From positions 89,976,705 through 90,035,609 of the forward strand of contig NC_057719.1 of the NCBI RefSeq assembly GCF_004010195.1: a stretch of 58,905 bases of DNA, read 5' to 3'. The notes below the pieces were generated by a model. It was not told where the DNA came from and did not search any database. It saw only the letters and a list, made by a program, of their open reading frames with translations. This document shows, piece after piece, positions 46,540-58,905 of this stretch (position 1 is its first letter; every line of letters begins with the position of its first letter). This DNA comes from Chiloscyllium plagiosum (taxonomy: Eukaryota). The position numbers were made by a program, and so were the translations under genes.

Positions 46540-48700
46540 TCTCCCACAAACTTCTATGCTCCCGGGAAGATAGTCCCAGCCTATCCAGTCTCTTCTCATA
46601 ACTCAAACCCTTTAGTCCCAGTAACATCCTTGTAAATCTTTTCTGCACCTTTTCCAATTTAATAATAAAATTTCTATAGAAGGTCAATCAGAATGCACAC
46701 AGTACTCTAAAAGTGGCATCACCAATGTCTTGTATAGCTGCAACATGGCATCCTAACTCCTGCACGCAAAAGCTCTGACCAATGAAGGCAAGCATTCACC
46801 CTGTCTATCTGTGATGCCACTTTCAAGGAACTATGTACCTGGACCCCTACATCTCTCTGTTCACCAATACTCTCCAGGGCCCTACCATGAACTGTAAAAG
46901 CCCTGCCCTGGGTTGCCGTACCAAAATGCAATACTTCACATTTATCTAAATTAAACTCCACCTGTTATTCTTCGGCACAGCGTCCCAGCTGATCAAGATC
47001 GCATTGTAGTCTTAGCTAATCTTCTTCACTGTCCATCACATCATCAATTTTGATGGCATCTACAAACTTATTAATCATGCTTCTTATATTCTCGTCCAAA
47101 TCATTTATAAAAATGAGAAACAATACCATTTCCACAGTTTCTGTTATTAATTCCTAATCTCACTTTCTATAGGACAGACACTCAATTTGTTAATTCTTTA
47201 TTTTTAAAAATACTTATGGAAATTCTTGCTAGCTTTTTTTTATATATCTAGCTAGCTTTCTCTTGTGGTCTAATTTTTTTCCTTTTATTAATTTTTTTGA
47301 TCATTTATTTTGCTGGTTTTTACATTCTATCCAAACTTCTGACTTGTAATTTGCCTTTGCATAATCATAGGCTTTTTGTTTAAGTTTGATACCATCTTTA
47401 ACATTCTAGTTAACTACAGATAGTGGATCTGTCTCTTGAAGGTTTTCTTACTCTTTGGACTCTATCTATTCTGTGTATTCTGAAGTATTCCTGTAAATGT
47501 CTGGCACTGCATTGTTATTGATCTCATCCTTTAACCTAATTTGCCAATTCACTACAGGTAACTCTGCTTTCATGCCATTATAATCGTCCATTCCTTTTCC
47601 CACAAATCAAATGTAAAATTGAATATAGTCGTACTACCATGGGGTACGTTCAGTGTACAATCATTAATTAATTCTATCTCGTTTCATAAAACTAAATCTG
47701 ATACAGCCTGCTTTCTGTTGGCTCCAGAACATGCTGCTCTAAAAAAATTCCAAAAACAATCTCTGAATTCTTCTGGGTTTCCTTTGTCCGTTGGACTTTT
47801 CTAGTTGATACATAGGTAAAAATATCAAATGATTATCACCATACCTTTCTGACAGACTCATTATTTCTGCTTTGTACTCCGCCCTACTGCGCAGTTACTG
47901 TTAAGGGATCTGTACATCACTCCTACAAGTGACGTCATGTATTTACCATTTCTCATCCCACCCAAACTGTTTCCACATCTCACTTTCCTGAATTTAGTTC
48001 ATCTCTCTCAATTGTGCTAATACCATCATTGACTAATAGCACCATTCCTCTACATTTCCTTACCTTCCTGCCTTTCCTAAATGCCCTGCACTCTTCAAGA
48101 TTCAGGTCCTGATCCATCATCCCTACTCTGTAATAGATATATCAGATCATATTGATTCTACAGATCCACTATCTGTAGTTAACTAGAATGTTAAAGATGG
48201 TATCAAACTTAAACAAAAAGCCTATGATTATGCAAAGGCAAATTACAAGTCAGAAGTTTGGACAGAATGTAAAAACCAGCAAAATAAATGATCAAAAAAA
48301 TTAATAAGAAGGAAAAAAATTAGACCACAAGAGAAAGCTAGCTAGATATATAAAAAAAAGCTAGCAAGAGTTTCCATAAGTATTTTTAAAAATAAAGAAT
48401 TAACAAACTGAGTGTCTGTCCTATAGAAAGTGAGATTAGGAATTAATAACAGAAACTATGGAAATGGTATTGTTTCTCATTTTTATAAATGATTTGGATG
48501 AGAATATAAGAAGCATGATTAATAAGTTTGTGGATGCCACCAAAATTGATGATGTGATGGACAGTGAAGAAGATTAGCTAAGACTACAATGTGATCTTGA
48601 TCAGCTGGGACGCTGTGCCGAAGAATAACATGTGCTCTCAGTTTAGCTGTTTTGATTCAAAAACGAAGTTTACCATTTATCTCTTTTTGTAAATTCTAGT
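46540..48700 (-). mobile_element. Two fused CR1 fragments (RT 46540-47125; endonuclease region 47130-48700) with an inverted duplication inside
   Basis: MEFNLDKCEVLHFG; 48160-48630 is the reverse complement of 46963-47432. Confidence 0.75.
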
Positions 48701-50148
48701 CTCTGGGAAGCGAGGGAGGAGATAGCAGAGCCTCCGGCTTTGATATTTGAGTCGTCATTGTCTCCAGGTTTTAGTACCAGAGGACTGGAGGATTGCAAAC
48801 GTTGTGCCTTGTTCAAGAAGAGCAGTAGAGATGACCCAGATAATTATAGACCAGTGAGCCTTACTTCTGTTGTAGGAAACGTTTTGGAAAGGATTATAAG
48901 AGATAAGATTTATAATCATCTAGCAAGCAACAATTTGATTTTAGACAGTCAACATGGTTTTGTCAAGGGCAGGTCGTGTCTCACAAACCTCATTGAGTTT
49001 TTTGAGAAGGTGATCAAGCCTGTAAATGAGGGTAGGGCAGTTGACGTGGTATACTTGGACTTCAGTAAAGCCTTTGATAAGGTTCTACATGGTAGGCTGC
49101 TGGAGAAAATGCAGGGGCATGGAATCAAGGGTGATTTAGCGCCAGTTGGATTAGAAACTGGCTTTCTGAAAGAAGGCAGCGTGCAGTGGTTGGTGGGACA
49201 TATTCAGCCTGGAGTCCAGTTACTAGTGGTGTGCCACAAGGATCTGTTTTGGGACCACTGCTGTTTGTCATTTTTATAAATGACTTAGACGCAGGCACAG
49301 GTGGATGGATTAGTAAATTTGCAGATGACACTAAAGTCGGTGGGCAGTTTGGAAGAATGTTTCAGGTTGCGGGGGGACTTGGATGAACTGCAGAATTGGG
49401 CTGAGAGGTGTCAAATGGAGTTCAAGCAGCTAAATGTGAGGTGATGCACTTTGGGAAGAATAACAGGAAGGCAGAATACTTGGTCAATGGAAAGATACTT
49501 GGTCGTGTGAATGTGTAGAGGGATCTTGGAGTCCATGTACATAGATCCCTGAAAGTTATCACCCAGGTGGATGGTGCTGTTAAAAAGGTATACGGTGTGT
49601 TAGGTTTCATTCGTAGAGGGATTGAGTTCTGGAGCAATGATGTCATGCTGCAACTATACAAAACGCTGGTGCGGCCACATTTGGAATGTTGTGTACAGTT
49701 CTGGTTGCCGTATTTCGGGAAGGATGTGGAAGCATTGGAAAAGGTGCAGAGGAGATTTACCAGGATGTTGTCTGGTCTGGAGGGAAGGTCTTATAAGGAA
49801 AGGCTGAGCGATTTGGGTCTGTTCTCATTGGAAAGAAGGCAGCTAAGGGGGGGATTTGATAGAGACATACAGGATGAGCAGAGGATTAGATTGGGTAGAC
49901 AGTGAAAGTCTTTTTCCTAGGATGATGACATCAGCTTGTACGAGTGGGCATAACTACAAATTGAGGGGTGATAGATTTAAGACAGATGTTAGAGGCAGGT
50001 TCTTTACGCAGACTGTGGTAAGGGTGTGGAATGCCCTACCTGCTAATGTAGGCAGCTCAGCCACATTAGGGAGATTTAAACAATCCTTAGATAAGCACTT
50101 GGATGATTTTGGGATAGTGTAGGGGGACGAGCTGAGAATAGTTCACAG
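48700..50148 (+). mobile_element. CR1 ORF2 3' half and 3' end
   Basis: [50 protein letters not shown]. Confidence 0.93.
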
Positions 50149-50375
50149 GTACCCCTGATTAATGCACCTAGCACTACGGGCAATTTAGCATGGCCAATTC
50201 ACCTGACCTGCACATCTGTGGACTGTGGGAGGAAATTGGAGCACCCGGAGGAAACCCATACGCAAACACAGGGAGAATGTGCAAACTCCAGACAGTGTGT
50301 CACCGAGGCGGGAATTGAACCCGGATCCCTGGTGCTGTGACGCAGCAGTGCTAACCACTGAGCCACTATGCCACC
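50149..50375 (-). mobile_element. HE1 V-SINE
   Basis: Head and core. Confidence 0.88.
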
Positions 50376-50467
50376 CTGACTCTACTCTTTGATTTAACTG
50401 ATCTTCCAAAATATGATCTCATGTTCATTGTCCAGTTGCATAGTCAGTAAGAACATTCTTCCCAGCA

Positions 50468-50670
50468 GAAGGCAGGAGGGAGGAGGAGGAGAGGAAGAAG
50501 GATAAGGATGGAGGAGGTGAATGGGGTGAGAGGAGAAGAAGCAAGGCAGGGAAGGGGAGGAGGAGAGAGAGAGGGATAAAAGCAGAAGCAAGAGAGGAAG
50601 AGCAAGGACAAGAGGAGGAAAGAGAAACAGCAGGAAGAGGAGGGGGAGGGGAGAGGATGGAGGAGGAAGT
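50468..50670. repeat. Purine-rich low-complexity tract
   Basis: Nearly all A/G. Confidence 0.85.
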
Positions 50671-51115
50671 TGAGAGCCCCCTGTGTGATCGGCAGCTTCT
50701 GCCAAATGTGGGTGAGAGGTGCTGGGAGTATTGCGTTGATGTAGATATAGGGTGGGAGGAGTTGGGAGGGCTGCCTGGCAGTTTGTATACTCCCTGTGCT
50801 GCCTTCACCTTGTCTCGGTGTGCTCCTGCTGAGGTCTCTCGACTGTTTGGCGCCATCCCCATCTCCATTTTGGTCAGTCACAGGCAACGGACTCATGTAT
50901 GTGATGGAAAATTCGAGGCCACATTTACAGTGTTGCCTCTCTCTTGTTTTGTGGGTTTGATGCTGTGACTAGGCCCTGAGTTGGTCAGTTGTTTTGGGGG
51001 GAATCTGGGCGGTGGGGGGGGGCGGGGTTGGTCCTCCATTCTCCATCTGCTCCTCTCCCCCCCTCTCTCTTTTACTCTTCTTCTCCTTGCTCCTCCTCTC
51101 TTGCCTCTGCTTTTA

Positions 51116-51327
51116 TCCCTAATGAATCTAACACTATGGACAATTTAACAAAGCCAATCCACCTAACTGCACATCTTTGGACTGTGGGAGGAAACCACAG
51201 CACCCGGAAGAAACCCATGCAGACACGGGGAGAATGTGCAAACTCCACACAGACAGTTGCCCGAATCGAACCCGGGTCCCTGGCACTGTCAGGCAGCAGT
51301 GCTAACCACTGAGCCACTGTGCTGCCC
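51116..51327 (-). mobile_element. HE1 V-SINE
   Basis: Head and core. Confidence 0.88.
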
Positions 51328-51685
51328 TATTTTTGCGAATTAAAGAACTAATACAGCATTGAACTTCTCTCTTTGCAATAGCAGAAACAATGCTGAAACC
51401 AGTCCCTGAAATCGTCTGGGTCAGACTATAATACTGACATTCCCAGTTAGCTGATTGAAGCTGGTGCCAGTGTTCAGAAAGACCTTAAGTTGGGAGTTGA
51501 GCAAAGAGGGACATAACTATCCCATCATTTGGGTACTTGTTCTGTGTCCATCAGATAGCAGGACTCATGTGGGCGATGGGTATTGCATAAACTACCAGCC
51601 CTCCAGAAATAGGTGAGATTAACAAATGCTCAGAGTGAGATTAGGATTGGTCAGAGGACAGTTCTCATCAGGAAGTTTTCTTCCT

Positions 51686-53337
51686 CATAGAGTCACAGAA
51701 ATGTACAGCATGGAAGCAGACCCTTTAGTCCAACTCATCCATGCCGGCCAGCTATCCCAACCTAATTTAGTCACATTTGCTAGCACTTGGCCAATATCCC
51801 TCTAAACCCTTCCTATTCATATACCCATCCCATTGCCTTTTAAATGTTGCAATTGTAGTGGCCTCCACCACTTCCTCTGGCAGCTCATTCCATACCCATA
51901 CCACCCTCTGCGTGAAAAAGTTTACCCTTAGGTCTCTTTTATATCTTTCCCCTCTCACCCTAAACCTATGCCCTCTAGTTCTGGACTCCCCCACCCCAAG
52001 GAAAAAACTTTGTCTATTTACCCTGTCCATGCCCTCATGATTTTATAAACCTATATAAGGTCACCCCTCAGCCACTGACGCTCCAGGGAAAACAGCCTCA
52101 GCCTACTCAGACTCTCTCTATAGCTCAAACCCTCCAACCCTGGCAACATCCTTGTAAATCTTTTCTGAACTCTTTCAAGTTTCACAACAACCTTCCGATA
52201 GGAACGAAACCAGAATTGCATGCAATATTCCAACAGTGGCCTAATCAATGTCCTGTACAGCCGCAACATGACCTCCCAACCCCTGTACTCAATACTCTGA
52301 ACAATAAAGGAAAGCATACCAAACTCCTTCTTCACAATCCCATCGACCTGTGACTCCACTTTCAAGGAGCTATGAACCTGCACTCCAAGGTCTCTTTGTT
52401 CAGTAACACTTTCCAGGACCTTACCATTAAGTGAATAAGTCCTACTAAGATTTGCTTTCCCAAAATGCAGCACCTCGCATTTATCTAAATTAAATTCCAT
52501 CTGCCACTCCTCAGCCATTTGGCCCATCTGATCAAGATCCTGTTGTAATCTGAGGTAAGCTTCTTTGCTGTCCACTACACCTCCAATTTTGGTGTCATCT
52601 GCAAACTTACTAACTGTACCTCTTATGCTCACATCCAAATCATCTACATAAATATCAAAAAGTAATGGACCCAGCACCAATCCTTGTGGCACTCCACTGG
52701 TGATTTCCTAAAGAAGGGCTTATGCCCGAAACGTCAATTCTCCTGCTCCTTGGATGCTGCCTGACCTGCTGCGCTTTTCCAGCAACACATTTTCGGCACT
52801 CCACTGGTCACAGGCCTCCAGTCTGAAAAACAACCCTCCACCACCACTGTTGGTCTTCTGCCTTTGAGCCTGTTCTGTATTCAAATGGCTAGTTCTTCCT
52901 GTATTCCATGAGATCTAACCTTGCTAACCAATCTCCCATGGGGAACCTTGTCGAACACCTTACCGAAGTCCATATAGATCACGTCCACTGCTCTCCCCTC
53001 ATCAATCCACTTTTGTTACTTTTTCAAAAAACTCAATCAAGTTTGTGAGAATGATTTCCCATGCACAAAGCCATGATGGCTATCCCTAATCAGTCCTTGC
53101 CTTTCCAAATACATGTAAATCTTGTCCCTCAGGATTCCCTCCAACAACTTGCCCACCACTGAGGTCAGGCTCACTGGTCTATACTTGCCTGGGTTGTCCT
53201 TACCACCCTTCTTAAACAGTGGCACCACGTTAGCCAACATCCAGTCTTCTGGCACCTCACCTGTGACTATCGATGATGCAAATATCTCAGCAAGAGGCCC
53301 AGCAATCACTTCTATAGCTTCTCACAGTATTCTAGGG
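51686..53337 (-). mobile_element. Relatively well-preserved 5'-truncated CR1
   Basis: 213-aa open RT segment 52051-52692; KYRPVSLTSVVGKLLE. Confidence 0.93.
52702..52794 (+). mobile_element. 93-bp single-arm PLE terminal insert
   Basis: Perfect 14-bp TSD GGCACTCCACTGGT (52688-52701, 52795-52808). Confidence 0.88.
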
Positions 53338-54009
53338 CCAGATGAAAGTTACACTGGAAGAGATTGAGGAAAGCCCCAGGATAGGTTTCCTAACCCTTCA
53401 GCTAGAGAGCAGGACACTGACTCCACTGCTGTGATGAACGAAGTACCTGTTCGTCTGCTGATGTCAGTGAACCATCCTCAATTGTCATGGGCTGTATACT
53501 CTTCTTTGTCTAATTAATGCATTACATTTAAACTGCTGCTTCTTAACAAACTCTGAACAGTCAATTACCAATCTTCAGTAAGTGTGGTCCTGAATCCTGA
53601 AATCTAACAACGATGATCGGAGGTCAGTTCAGTTGAGAGTTTCATACCAGCAGAAAGGTTTAATGGGGGAAGCCTGCAAGCAGTTAAGTTTTAGTAAGTT
53701 ATCAGAACTGAAAGGCAGTTCAGGCCAGCAGAACAGGAGAAGTTGTAAAACTGTCTCAGCAGGTCCAGAAGCAGAATAGAAAAGAGTTATTTAAAGAGTT
53801 AAGACAACTATAATATAGCATTGGGATCGGTACCTCTGATGGATATGGCAGGAAACAACTGGGTAGAAAATTTGTTTTGCTGTTTATTTTAAGATCATTT
53901 CAAACTGTCTTCCTTGTTCTGAGGGTCACTGGACCTGATTTCTGATTTCTCTTCAAAGATGCTGCCAGGCCTGCTGAGCTTCTGTTTTTGTTGTTGTTAA
54001 ATATATATA

Positions 54010-54225
54010 CAGGTCATTCTGCTATAACGCATGTTTTGTTAATGCAAATTTGCTATAATGCGATTGACGAATTGTGGACAGTTCCTAAAGCCCGAACTTT
54101 TGAAGCGTGGATTGGTTATAACATGATTCTGGCCCCATTAGTTTAAATTATGCTACTATTGCTTGATTTTCTTATAACGCAGGGTTGCACGAGAACGGAA
54201 CTATCACACTTAGCAGAACCAACTG
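54010..54225. mobile_element. Tigger/pogo-like MITE
   Basis: TA+CAGGTCATTCTGCTA ... TAGCAGAACCAACTG imperfect TIRs. Confidence 0.65.
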
Positions 54226-54274
54226 CATATCTTGATTATTTATCTTCTTTTATGAAATAAACTTGTGTTCTTGT

Positions 54275-55271
54275 TGAAATAATTCCATGAAGCCCAGTGT
54301 CCAGTCATCAAGTCAGGCTTTATTAGCAATGTCATAGTACATAACATTGACCCCAGCTGGCACCGAGACATCTCCCAGAGTGAGCCCAGCCTCTGACATT
54401 CCTGTTTACATCTGTCAGCCAGGACTCCCTGATTTAGTGCACCAATCAGGGAATCAACTTCTACGAGATCCATCTAACTGACCTTGTTCCAATCACTACA
54501 TTCTTCCTCGTCTAGGACATGGCCCATTCTTTTTTTTGAAATCCCAAGTTCCGGTTCCTCTGACTCTACCGCGGATACTGGCGACGTGTACCGGACCGTA
54601 GCCCACCTCTTGCTGCCAGAGTTCATCATCATCTTCAGGTGGTAACAGTGTCAAGGCTGTAACATCTGCTGTATCCATCTCATCCATGACACTAGGCAGA
54701 GGGGGAGAACCTATGGGTTCTGATAAACTTGCCAGATGTTCTGAGGGGCCAGGTGTGCTTTGCTTCTGCCCCATTTGTGAGGTTGCAGCTTTCAGGTCAT
54801 CCAGAACTGCCTCTCCTACCTGAGCTTTGGACATTACGGGACCTGACCTCTTGCCCATTCAGGCCCATTTCCATGGTTTCAATACCAAACATTGTAAGTA
54901 AACTGCCTCTCTCACTTAGGGGAGTCTGGTGTCTGGTATTGGCATTCCTGATGCCATTTCATCCATGCAACCGAGTCCAGGATTTACCATTCCCACGAAT
55001 GTGGACGAGCTGCTGGTAGTTATTTTTGTCCTTGTTGGCACTCTGGACACTGCCTCATCAACATGGTTATGTTGGCATCGCCACTGAAGTAACTCCATGA
55101 AGTCACTCTGCAAAGTCACCCTTTATTTACACGTGCATAGTACATGACACTGACCCAGCTTACTCAGAGCTGGCTCCCAGAGGTATCCCTGATTGGATCA
55201 GGTTAACAGCCCCAATCAGGGAACTCATACTCTATGACATCCACCTGGCTGACCTCTATCCAATCACTACA
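54275..55271 (-). mobile_element. Internally deleted two-LTR Gypsy element (LTRs 55085-55271, 54275-54500)
   Basis: TG...CA LTRs, PBS-like GTGGCGATG, PPT GAGGAAGAA, integrase C-terminal remnant GPVMSKAQVG. Confidence 0.75.
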
Positions 55272-55379
55272 TTTCTGTTAAGAGGAAGTGGCAGTCTCAC
55301 GGGAATATATTCACCAACCACTAAGGGAGGCAAACTGCAAAAAAAAAAAGACCTCTCAAGCCAGGTTTCACTTTTAGAT

Positions 55380-55930
55380 CTGACTATCTGGTATTCCCAT
55401 CAGTTGGAATCATAACATCAGCAATAACCTGCTCAGTGATGCCCAGTTTGGGTTTCACTAGGGCCACTCAGCTCCTGATCTTATTACAGCCTTGGTTTGA
55501 ACATGGAAAAAAAGAGCTAAATTCAAGAGTTGAAGTGAGAGTGATAGCCTTTTACATCAAAAGCAGCATTCAACGATATGTGGCATCAAGGGGCCCAAGC
55601 AAAACTGAAAATGATGGGTAATGGGAGGGAAAGTCTCTGCTTACTGCAGTCATACCTGGCACATAGGAAGATGATTATTGTTGTTGGAAGTCCATCATTT
55701 CAACTCTAGGACATCTCTGTAAGAGTTCCTCAGACTAGTGTCCTAGGCCCAACCATCTTCAGCTGCTTCATCAATGACCTTCCCTCCATTGAAGTGGGGA
55801 TGTTCGCTGATGATTGTACAATGTTCACCATCATTCCTAGCTCCTCAGATAATGAAGCAGTCCATGTTTAAATGTAACAACGCCTGAACAATACCCAGGC
55901 TTGAAATAACATGTTGCAAATAATACTAGC
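55380..55930 (+). mobile_element. LINE RT fragment (CR1/L2-like group)
   Basis: QFGF..GHSAPDLITALV, VPQTSVLGPTIFSCFINDLP, MFADDCTMF. Confidence 0.8.
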
Positions 55931-55971
55931 ACCCCTAAATACATTGCATTAATCAATCAATTTAACAATAC

Positions 55972-57648
55972 ACCCATTAACCACCAGATCATTGTACCCA
56001 TTAGCACTGTCCCTAATAACCAGAAAATCACTGGTACTCAATAACCACAACACCACTGCACCCATAAATCACTAGACACATAATCATTGCATCACTGAAA
56101 CTAATAACTTATAGACCACTGTACCCAAAATCCAGAAGGACATTGTCTCCAAACGACACTGGAGCATGGTACACATAACCCACAAGAGCACTGTACCTAC
56201 ATACTACTGGACCACTATACTCAATATACACAACACCACTACATCCGTAAAGCAGTAGACCACTGTACCAAATAAACACTGCAACACTCTACCACTAGAC
56301 CTAGATATCCAATAACCCTGAGACCAGTGTACCCATAAACCACAACACCAGTGTGTGCTGTAAAGACTGCAGCACTATACCCATTAACCACTCGAGCACT
56401 TTTCCTATTAACCACTTAACCTCCATATCCAGTAAACACTACAGCATGTACCCAATAACCACAAGGCAGATGTATCCGTAATCAGTAACCATGAGAACAC
56501 TGTACCCAATAACCACTGGACCACTATACACTTGAAGCACTAGACTTCTCTACTAATAAACCATTTGACCATTGTACTCAGTAAACACTGCAGCACTGTA
56601 CCAATAAAAAACTGGATCACTGTGCTGAATAACCACTATACCTCAGTATCCAATAACTACCAGAACAGCGCATCCATAAATAATTGGACCACTGTAACCA
56701 TTAACCATGACACCACTGTACTCAATAATCACAGCAGGACTGTACCCATTAACCACTTTATCCAATAACCACAAGAACAATGTATCCATTAACCAGAAAA
56801 TCACTGCACACAATAACCGCAAGACCACAGTACCCATAAAACACAAGACAACTAAACACACAAAACAACAGACCACTGTACCCATAAATGACTGTGTACA
56901 TAAAGCCAATAACCACGAGAACACTATACCCATAAACCACTCAATTGATGTGTCCCATAAACACTGCAGCACTGTAACCAATAACTAATAGACAACAGTA
57001 CTCATAAACTATGAGAACACCATACCCATAAATAACTGGACCACTATACCCACTGACCACAACACCACTGGACACAATAAACATTGCAGGGCTGTACACA
57101 TTCCACTAGACCACTTTCCCAATAACCACTAGAACACTGTACCCATAAATAACTGAACCACTAGATCCACTAATCATTGGACTACTTATCCAACAAGAAT
57201 TAGTCCACTGTACCCAATGAACATTGGAGGACTGTACCCAATAACCACTAGACCATTGTGCTCAATAACCACGAACACAGTGTGCCCAACAGCCAGAAGA
57301 TCACAATACTCGATAACCACAAGTTCACTGAGCCAATAAACCAAAAGAACACTGTACTAATGAGCCACAAGACCCCTGCACCGAATAACTACTAGATTAC
57401 TGTACTCATAAACCACGAGCCCAATTTCACCATTAAGCAGAAGACCACTGTACCCATAAGCCACTAGCCCAGTATCTCCATTGAGCACTCTACCCACAAA
57501 CCACAAGAACACTATCCACTATCCGTTCACCACTCAACCACTACACCCAATTACCAGTGTACCCATAAACCCGCAGTTCGCTGTACCAATTAACCACAAA
57601 CCAACTATACCCACAAACTACTAGACAACTATCCCCATTAACTATGAG
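55972..57648. repeat. Degenerate ~22-24 bp satellite (ACCACTGTACCCA(A)TAA(A)CCACAAG/TAG)
   Basis: Visible periodic CACTGTACCCA and TAACCAC over ~1.7 kb. Confidence 0.9.
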
Positions 57649-57649
57649 A

Positions 57650-58812
57650 TCACTGTTTAAGAAAGGTTGTAAGGAAAAGCCAGGGAACCATAAACCAATG
57701 AGTCTGACTTCAGTGGTGGGTAGGTTGTTGGATGGATTCTGAGAGACAGGATCGACCTGCATTTGGAAAGGCAAGGACTAATTATGGATAGTCAGCATGG
57801 CTTTGTGCATGGCAAATTGTGTCTTACAAATTTATTTGGGTTACTAAGAAGATAGTACCTTAGACTGTCTGTACGAACTTCAGCAAGGTCTTCAACAAGG
57901 TCCTTCATGATACGCTGGCTAGTAAGGTTGGATCACAGGAAGATCCAGGATGAGCTAGCCAATTGGATTGATGATAAAAGACAGAGGGTGGTGGTAGAGG
58001 ATTATTATTCAGGCTGAACGCCTGTGACCAGCAGTGTGCTGCAAGGATCAGTTCTGGGTCTACTGTTGTTCATCATTTAAATCGGGCAAGTTGGTGGCAG
58101 AGTTGGATCCTTCAACCGGAGCTCCACTGCTCCACCTATTCTTTTTGTTCCTTTTCTACTTTTTTCTCTCAGCATTCCTGGAGCAGTGAAGGGGAAATCT
58201 GAGTATGGGAGTTGCACAAAGGAGAAACCAGAATCCTGGAGTGGCACTTGGGGAAACCCAAGTGACCGGAGTGGCACGAGTGGAAACCTGAGTACCAGAG
58301 CAGCTTGAGGGGAGTTGAGTATCAGAGCGGCACGAGGAGAAACCTGAGTCCTGGTGCAGCGCAAGGTGAAATGAGTCCTGGTGCAGTGTGACTTATCTTG
58401 TGGCAGCTGAGCGCCGATGAATAGACCGGAGCAGAGCGAAACACTTGTGCCTGGTGCAGGGCAGCCAGACGACTTGCTCAGCTGCTGCTATTTGGAATTC
58501 TTTACCAGACTGTAATGTAAATCCTTCAACTCTGTTACAACTATCTTATCTCTAACTTTTTTTTTAAGATACTAAGTTATCAACTACTTTTCCTTTTAAT
58601 CCTCTTTTGTATCCAAGATTTGTACCTAAGTACTCGTACTTAAGATGGCGCCATTGTAAAAGGTTTTCACTGTACTCCTGCACTGGTGTACAAGTGACAA
58701 TAAAGAATATTCTATTCTCTTCTGAAATCAACTATTTAGATGAGAATATCAGAGATATGTTTACGGATGACATCAAAGCATAGTGGATAGTGAAGAAGGT
58801 TAACTAAGAATG
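57650..58812 (+). mobile_element. Degraded CR1 RT fragment interrupted at 58084-58724
   Basis: PMSLTSVVG, DSQHGF, QGSVLG; resumes at 58730. Confidence 0.8.
58084..58724 (+). mobile_element. Composite non-autonomous element: head + ~29-30 bp tandem repeat + Rex1-like tail
   Basis: AAATC duplicated at 58079-58083 and 58725-58729; repeats ~58180-58390; tail GTGACAATAAAGAATATTCTATTCT. Confidence 0.65.
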
Positions 58813-58815
58813 CGG

Positions 58816-58905
58816 GGAGAAAGTGAGGTCTGCAGATGCTGGAGATCAAAGTTGAAACTTTATTGCTGGAAAAGCACAGCAGGTCAGGCAGCATCCAGGG
58901 AACAG
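58816..58905. mobile_element. Start of another short PLE derivative (cut by window end)
   Basis: GGAGAAAGTGAGGTCTGCAGATGCTGGAGATC... as at 4065. Confidence 0.85.

Noticed and set aside
50394..50896. 103-150 aa ORFs
   Set aside because: Low-complexity tract yields stop-free frames; no recognisable domain
56565..56988. ORFs in the 23-bp satellite
   Set aside because: Repeat-derived, biased composition

Overview
Eukaryotic, gene-poor, repeat-saturated DNA, most likely cartilaginous fish (shark). The inference rests on HE1-type V-SINEs and CR1/HER1-like LINEs. I see no host exon, rRNA, true tRNA or CRISPR. The window is a nest of decayed mobile elements: many CR1 fragments, about 12 HE1 SINEs, one L1-clade element with a TSD, several Penelope-like elements (PLEs), Gypsy LTR remnants, Rex1/Babar and Harbinger fragments, Tigger-like ends and three tandem arrays. 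There are two N-gaps (12014-12432, 38373-38477). The main signals are: (1) minimal hammerhead ribozyme motifs with compensatory stem changes in at least 3-4 PLE families; (2) a ~180-230 bp palindromic, TSD-flanked non-autonomous element built from PLE ends; (3) a shared fold-back insertion architecture with 14-17 bp TSDs; (4) a candidate composite head + VNTR + Rex1-like-tail retroposon family; (5) several locally templated insertions or inversions. All calls were made by eye; family names need Dfam/Repbase/Rfam confirmation.
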